From an uncultured virus (IMG/VR IMGVR_UViG_3300032242_002374) (taxonomy: Duplodnaviria > Heunggongvirae > Uroviricota > Caudoviricetes), in IMG/VR virus record IMGVR_UViG_3300032242_002374: 64,000 nucleotides of DNA; one strand, given 5' to 3'. The notes below the pieces were generated by a model. The model did not search any database. It was not told where the DNA came from and saw nothing but the letters and a program-made list of their open reading frames with translations. Both the position numbers and the translations under genes were made by a program. Each line of letters opens with the position of its first letter. Position 1 is the first letter of the stretch. This document shows positions 59,995 through 64,000 of the stretch, one piece after another.

Positions 59995-60333
59995 TTATGA
60001 TTCCTTTAAACTTAATCCCATTGATGTAAGCGTTTGTTCAATTTCCCTTAAAGATAAAATCCCCATCCATCTAATATTTAAAATATCTTTTTTGGTACAA
60101 TTAACCAAATCAGATACTAAATCTATTTTAACAGAACGTAAACAATTAGATGTACGAACTGTAAAGTCGAGTTCTTCTATTGATGTATTAAATATTTCAT
60201 CTTTATCTTTATTTTCATTTAATTTTTTGATAGCAGTATTTGTCATAAAGTTCAATATGTCATCAGGTATAGTATTTTTATTATCCATTTTTCTTATTTT
60301 ACCATAAACATCCCAAATGTCTTTTTTTGTCAT
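59995..60333 (-). CDS. RNA polymerase alpha C-terminal domain-containing protein
   Basis: SIEELDFTVRTSNCL...I..V.DLV...DIL.IR.MG..SL.EI...L..MGL. Confidence 0.85.
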   Translation of the reverse strand: MTKKDIWDVYGKIRKMDNKNTIPDDILNFMTNTAIKKLNENKDKDEIFNTSIEELDFTVRTSNCLRSVKIDLVSDLVNCTKKDILNIRWMGILSLREIEQTLTSMGLSLKES

Positions 60334-60728
60334 TTTACTAATTTTTTAGTAGTTAATAATATCAATGCTATTAAAGCACTAGAAACAAATATTCCTTTTA
60401 TATATGGTGCATACTTATCAGCAAACAATTCCTTTTCTGCATCTTCATAAGAAAATATGTCTTTGCCATTTTCTTTATTTACTGAATTATGTATATCAAC
60501 AGTCCACCTAAATAAAGACTTCTTATTTTCGAGTGCAGGTGGATGTTGTTTAAACTTCTTTTCATAGTTGTACGCACAATTAGGGCAAGGCAGTACATCT
60601 TTCAACGATTCAAAGAATTTGTAATAATCAATTTTATCTTGTTCGGTTGGGGCTTCTGGATATGACAACGCAACAAAGTGTATAAATCGCCAAGCCTCCT
60701 TACCCCATATCAAAGGACTATACCCCAT
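60330..60728 (-). CDS. Erv1/Alr FAD-linked sulfhydryl oxidase with C-terminal TM
   Basis: P.IWG...W.FIH, LPCPNC, W..DIHNSVN. Confidence 0.9.
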   Translation of the reverse strand: MGYSPLIWGKEAWRFIHFVALSYPEAPTEQDKIDYYKFFESLKDVLPCPNCAYNYEKKFKQHPPALENKKSLFRWTVDIHNSVNKENGKDIFSYEDAEKELFADKYAPYIKGIFVSSALIALILLTTKKLVK

Positions 60729-61292
60729 CTGTATTTTTTTTACTTTCTATAATTTGAATTTCAAAATTCGCTACTGTGCCAGAAACCCAATCTTCTGTTA
60801 CTTGTTCATCAAAAGCGTTATTTCTAAATTCTTCGCTTTCAAAAGAAATAGGTAGCTGCATTCTCCCTACACCTAATAATGGTATAAACGGAATGTTTAC
60901 GACTAAAAAGTGTTTAGAGCTATCTTCATCAAATGCTTTAGTTATGAAGACATCTATTTCTCCACCTACTTTAGAAATAGTTTTAAATGTTTTTGTGATG
61001 TTGTTGTTTGCGAGTAATGTCGTTTGCATATTATTTGTTTAATTTTTTAATCTCTTTTTATTTCTGACAATTCCATATCTGACAACCAACGAAACAAAAA
61101 TTCTCTTGACCATTTTATTGGAGCATAAAAAACGGCTGATAGATTATCATAACTTTTGTAATCAACAGTTACTTCCCATTTTTCTTTACCTTGAATAAAA
61201 TCTTGATATACACAATCATAGGTTGCCATATTTGTTTCAAACTTGAAACTTGGTTGTTGATGTTTATTTGTCATTTGATTTTGAATTTTCAA
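60718..61292 (-). other. two hypothetical genes (60718..61029, 61047..61292)
   Basis: Packed ORFs. Confidence 0.55.
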
Positions 61293-61806
61293 TAGAATTA
61301 TTTATTATAAAAGAAATAGTACCTTTACTTTTAATTCCAGTTTCTGTCATTATCTGTTTATAAGATAAACCTTCCTTGTGCATATTTATTATTTTTTCGT
61401 GGTCGTGTTTCTTTGGGGATGCTTTTGTAGCAGCAGCTATACGAACCTCTTCTTTTTTTGACATTTGAGCCTCTGAAAGTGTTCCTATGCAGATATTGTC
61501 TTCACTAAAATTTTTCAAATCTCCGTCTTTGTGATAAACAAACTTATCATTTTCAAATATTTCGTTTCCAAATTTTTTGTAGCCAACAAACCTAGCAACA
61601 TTTACTTTACCATTTTGCCACTTACCATTTTTAACACCTGTCCTTACAGAGAACGATAAACGCCCATTATCTTCTTGTTGTATTGCTCTTGGCTTACCAC
61701 TAAAGGGTGATATTACTTCTCCGTTAATAACTTTATAGCCCTTTTCGTGTGCTATAATAATAGAATTGTTTCTTGATGAAAATTCTTTTTTCATATTATA
61801 ATTCAA
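61264..61806 (-). CDS. degenerate HNH endonuclease with C-terminal HTH
   Basis: V.RFVGYKKFG...HKDGD.KN...DNI.IGT; related to 51537..51899. Confidence 0.65.
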   Translation of the reverse strand: MNYNMKKEFSSRNNSIIIAHEKGYKVINGEVISPFSGKPRAIQQEDNGRLSFSVRTGVKNGKWQNGKVNVARFVGYKKFGNEIFENDKFVYHKDGDLKNFSEDNICIGTLSEAQMSKKEEVRIAAATKASPKKHDHEKIINMHKEGLSYKQIMTETGIKSKGTISFIINNSIENSKSNDK

Positions 61807-62501
61807 TTTTTAGTTCTTCATTCATTCTAAAATAAAATATGTTTTGTAGATGATGCAAACCAGTAACTTCAATTTGACTTACATACTCTATCCAAATATC
61901 ATTGATGTAATTTACTTGCAACCCTCTTAAATTAAAACTTGGAAAACATTTGAAATTTAGTTTTTGTAAGCCACCAAACTTCAATAGCAATTCTTCTGAT
62001 AGTGGTATATAATTATAAATACCCCTATGATGATAAATAGCTTCTAACACTTGAAATGTTACTTCTACCATTCTATTATGTTCGTTATAAACATAATTAC
62101 CAATCCTTAAATCTTTATAATTTACCATATTTCTCATTGTAGTATTTTTCTGCTGCGATAGTTGCATCTTCAATAGTGATATAATTTTCGCCAATTAGAT
62201 AGGCAAATACAAAAGCATCAATTATATTTTTCTTTTGAAGAGCCATAGGCTCACCTTTACTATCAAAAGTTTCTTCAAACCATTCGTCAACATCACATAA
62301 GGCTATAATTTCTACACCTCTTTTATCCATAGCCTCTACTCCAGCATCGTATGATTTATAGATACATTGTTTTTCGTATGGCAATAATGATTCAGCATCT
62401 TTTATAATTTCGCTTATTACGTTTCTTACAGTATCATCTTCATTATTTGCATAATTACTATACTGTGAAATTAATTTTTGTATTTGTAAAGGTGTTTGCA
62501 T
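61796..62501 (-). other. two hypothetical phage genes (61796..62194, 62115..62501)
   Basis: DLRIGNYV...IPLSEELLLKFG...LHHLQN and EK.CI..SY..G...AEKYYNE.Y patterns common in Bacteroidota phage small proteins. Confidence 0.6.
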
Positions 62502-62890
62502 TAGTTTAAATATTTAAAAGTAAAGTCTTTGTGTTTTCTATTACCATTTGCACAATGGCAAATATGAGAACGACTTATTTGTAAATAGATTGATGCTTCT
62601 CCCAAAGAATCGTATATTTCGGTATTGCCATAAGTATCAGTAACTAGAACTTTTTTTTCAAGCCCCCTTTTAGCAATAGGCTTCGCAATTTTTTGCAATA
62701 TTTCATTAGCATAGTCTGTATCTTCATAAGCAAATGAAACGCCTTTAACTTGTCTATAAGTACCTTTCAAAACTTTGAATATGCTTGTGACATCTTTTAT
62801 ATTCAAATGAATAGAAGCATCTGTTAGGCTTTCATAAGAAAACCATTTTTTAGTCTTAATTACATAAGCTACAATAGGTCTCTTAGTCAT
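62501..62890 (-). CDS. tandem NUMOD1 DNA-binding domain protein
   Basis: Two Y.SL..AS..L.I repeats. Confidence 0.7.
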   Translation of the reverse strand: MTKRPIVAYVIKTKKWFSYESLTDASIHLNIKDVTSIFKVLKGTYRQVKGVSFAYEDTDYANEILQKIAKPIAKRGLEKKVLVTDTYGNTEIYDSLGEASIYLQISRSHICHCANGNRKHKDFTFKYLN

Positions 62891-63300
62891 TAGCTTAGTT
62901 TAATACATTCACCCAATTCAATATATACATAATTAATCAAAAAAGTACCATCTGGGTGGAATGTAACATCGTTCTCTATTTTCCAATCTGTGTTGGTACT
63001 ATCAATAGATATAGAACCACTAATAGTATTGTTAGAATATTCTTTACCCCCAGACTTAATTAAGGCTTCTTTATCCGAATCTGTCAATTCCTCGCAATCA
63101 ACTTCCCAATCTATATTGCTAGTTATCTTTTTTATAAAACAATCAATAGACTTTATTCCCCATTCTTTTAGATTAAGATTCAATTCGTATTCTATTGTTA
63201 CGCTTGTTTTGTCAACATAAATATCAATAAAATTGCTAACGTTTAAGAACTTATTTATTCTGTAAACTTCTGCATCATCAACTGTTATTTTAAAATTCAT
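62890..63300 (-). CDS. hypothetical protein
   Basis: ORF downstream of promoter-like box near 63319. Confidence 0.6.
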   Translation of the reverse strand: MNFKITVDDAEVYRINKFLNVSNFIDIYVDKTSVTIEYELNLNLKEWGIKSIDCFIKKITSNIDWEVDCEELTDSDKEALIKSGGKEYSNNTISGSISIDSTNTDWKIENDVTFHPDGTFLINYVYIELGECIKLS

Positions 63301-63457
63301 ATTTATTTATTTGTTGCACAAAAATACAATGCTTTTTAATACAAACAAAATTTATTTTTTAAAATGGTATAAAATTATTTAGCTTTTCCCACATCCATAT
63401 TAAAAGTGTTGATTTTATTGATAATCCAGAAGATGTTCCACATATATACGTTAGCTG

Positions 63458-63736
63458 CTATACTACTTGCCTAAAATTTTTAAATAAATTTTTTGGTCTT
63501 TTTTGAATTTCTACTCCTTTACTTCCATTATCCCAATAGAAATAAACATATTGGTTAGTTCTTTTATTTATCTGAACATCCCAATCAATATATGGTTCAA
63601 GCGATGTATCAACAGCATCAAATGAGATAGTAGCTAAAGTTATTTTATGATTTTTTACAATCTTAGATGATTGTAAATTATTGTATGGTGGTTTATTTCT
63701 ACCATCATAATATTTTTCAACATTAATTATTTCCAT
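63458..63736 (-). CDS. hypothetical protein
   Basis: ORF track. Confidence 0.5.
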   Translation of the reverse strand: MEIINVEKYYDGRNKPPYNNLQSSKIVKNHKITLATISFDAVDTSLEPYIDWDVQINKRTNQYVYFYWDNGSKGVEIQKRPKNLFKNFRQVV

Positions 63737-64000
63737 AATTTTTATTTTGACAATTACTAATTTATTTACCGTACAGCAGCCAACATTAGGTTTGGCGTTA
63801 TGGTGGGGCTTGATGAATCCGCTATCATCTGTAAATCATTATTCATCATTTGTACATTTTGCTATTCGGCAGTTGGAAGTCTATTTCCCCAACTGCTTCA
63901 ATACTTTTTCGTTGCACGTTACTTTAGGACACAACGCTAATTCATACATAGCCAAAAGAATTTTACTGTTATATCGAATTCCATTTTGCAATAAATATGT

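Noticed and set aside
1611..63220. Most plus-strand ORFs in the track (e.g. 27762..28238, 32179..32655, 34213..34764, 38098..38697)
   Set aside because: Antisense shadows of well-supported minus-strand genes, with F/L/S-rich composition and no motifs
1..64000. Eukaryotic giant virus (NCLDV) assignment based on A32 ATPase and Erv1
   Set aside because: Translational coupling, rho-independent terminators, Bacteroidota promoter boxes, YopX, DUF3127, alphaCTD and a phage initiator point to a bacterial host

Overview
AT-rich, gene-dense, almost entirely minus-strand segment of a large dsDNA virus, most likely infecting Bacteroidota (TAnnTTTG -7 promoter boxes, A-rich non-Shine-Dalgarno leaders, DUF3127). 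No terminase, portal or tail gene is visible. Instead, 1-6.3 kb carries an A32/FtsK-type packaging ATPase next to a beta-rich capsid candidate and more than a dozen small membrane proteins, and an Erv1/Alr sulfhydryl oxidase lies at 60.3 kb. This suggests a tailless, internal-membrane virus with an unusually large genome. 6.3-12 kb is a sulfation/modification module (HIGH nucleotidyltransferase, APS kinase, two sulfotransferases, 2OG-Fe hydroxylase, PAP2). 14-39 kb holds large polyvalent, probably virion-packaged proteins (DUF2958, LPD, ART-PolyVal, split DarB-like methylase/helicase, MoxR with class 3 intein plus vWA-like partner); in four of them the domains are punctuated by a recurring [YFML]xxGG motif resembling polyprotein cleavage sites. 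42-55 kb is a glycosylation/methylation cluster, and 52-64 kb contains small early and replication genes. The most striking direct observation is that two of three TnpB genes sit in transposase-less elements bounded by 24-bp GG...CC terminal inverted repeats with 8-bp target-site duplications. That is a DDE (IS1595/IS1-like) architecture, not the IS200/IS605 or IS607 architecture expected for TnpB. All domain calls come from motif recognition by eye, not database searches.
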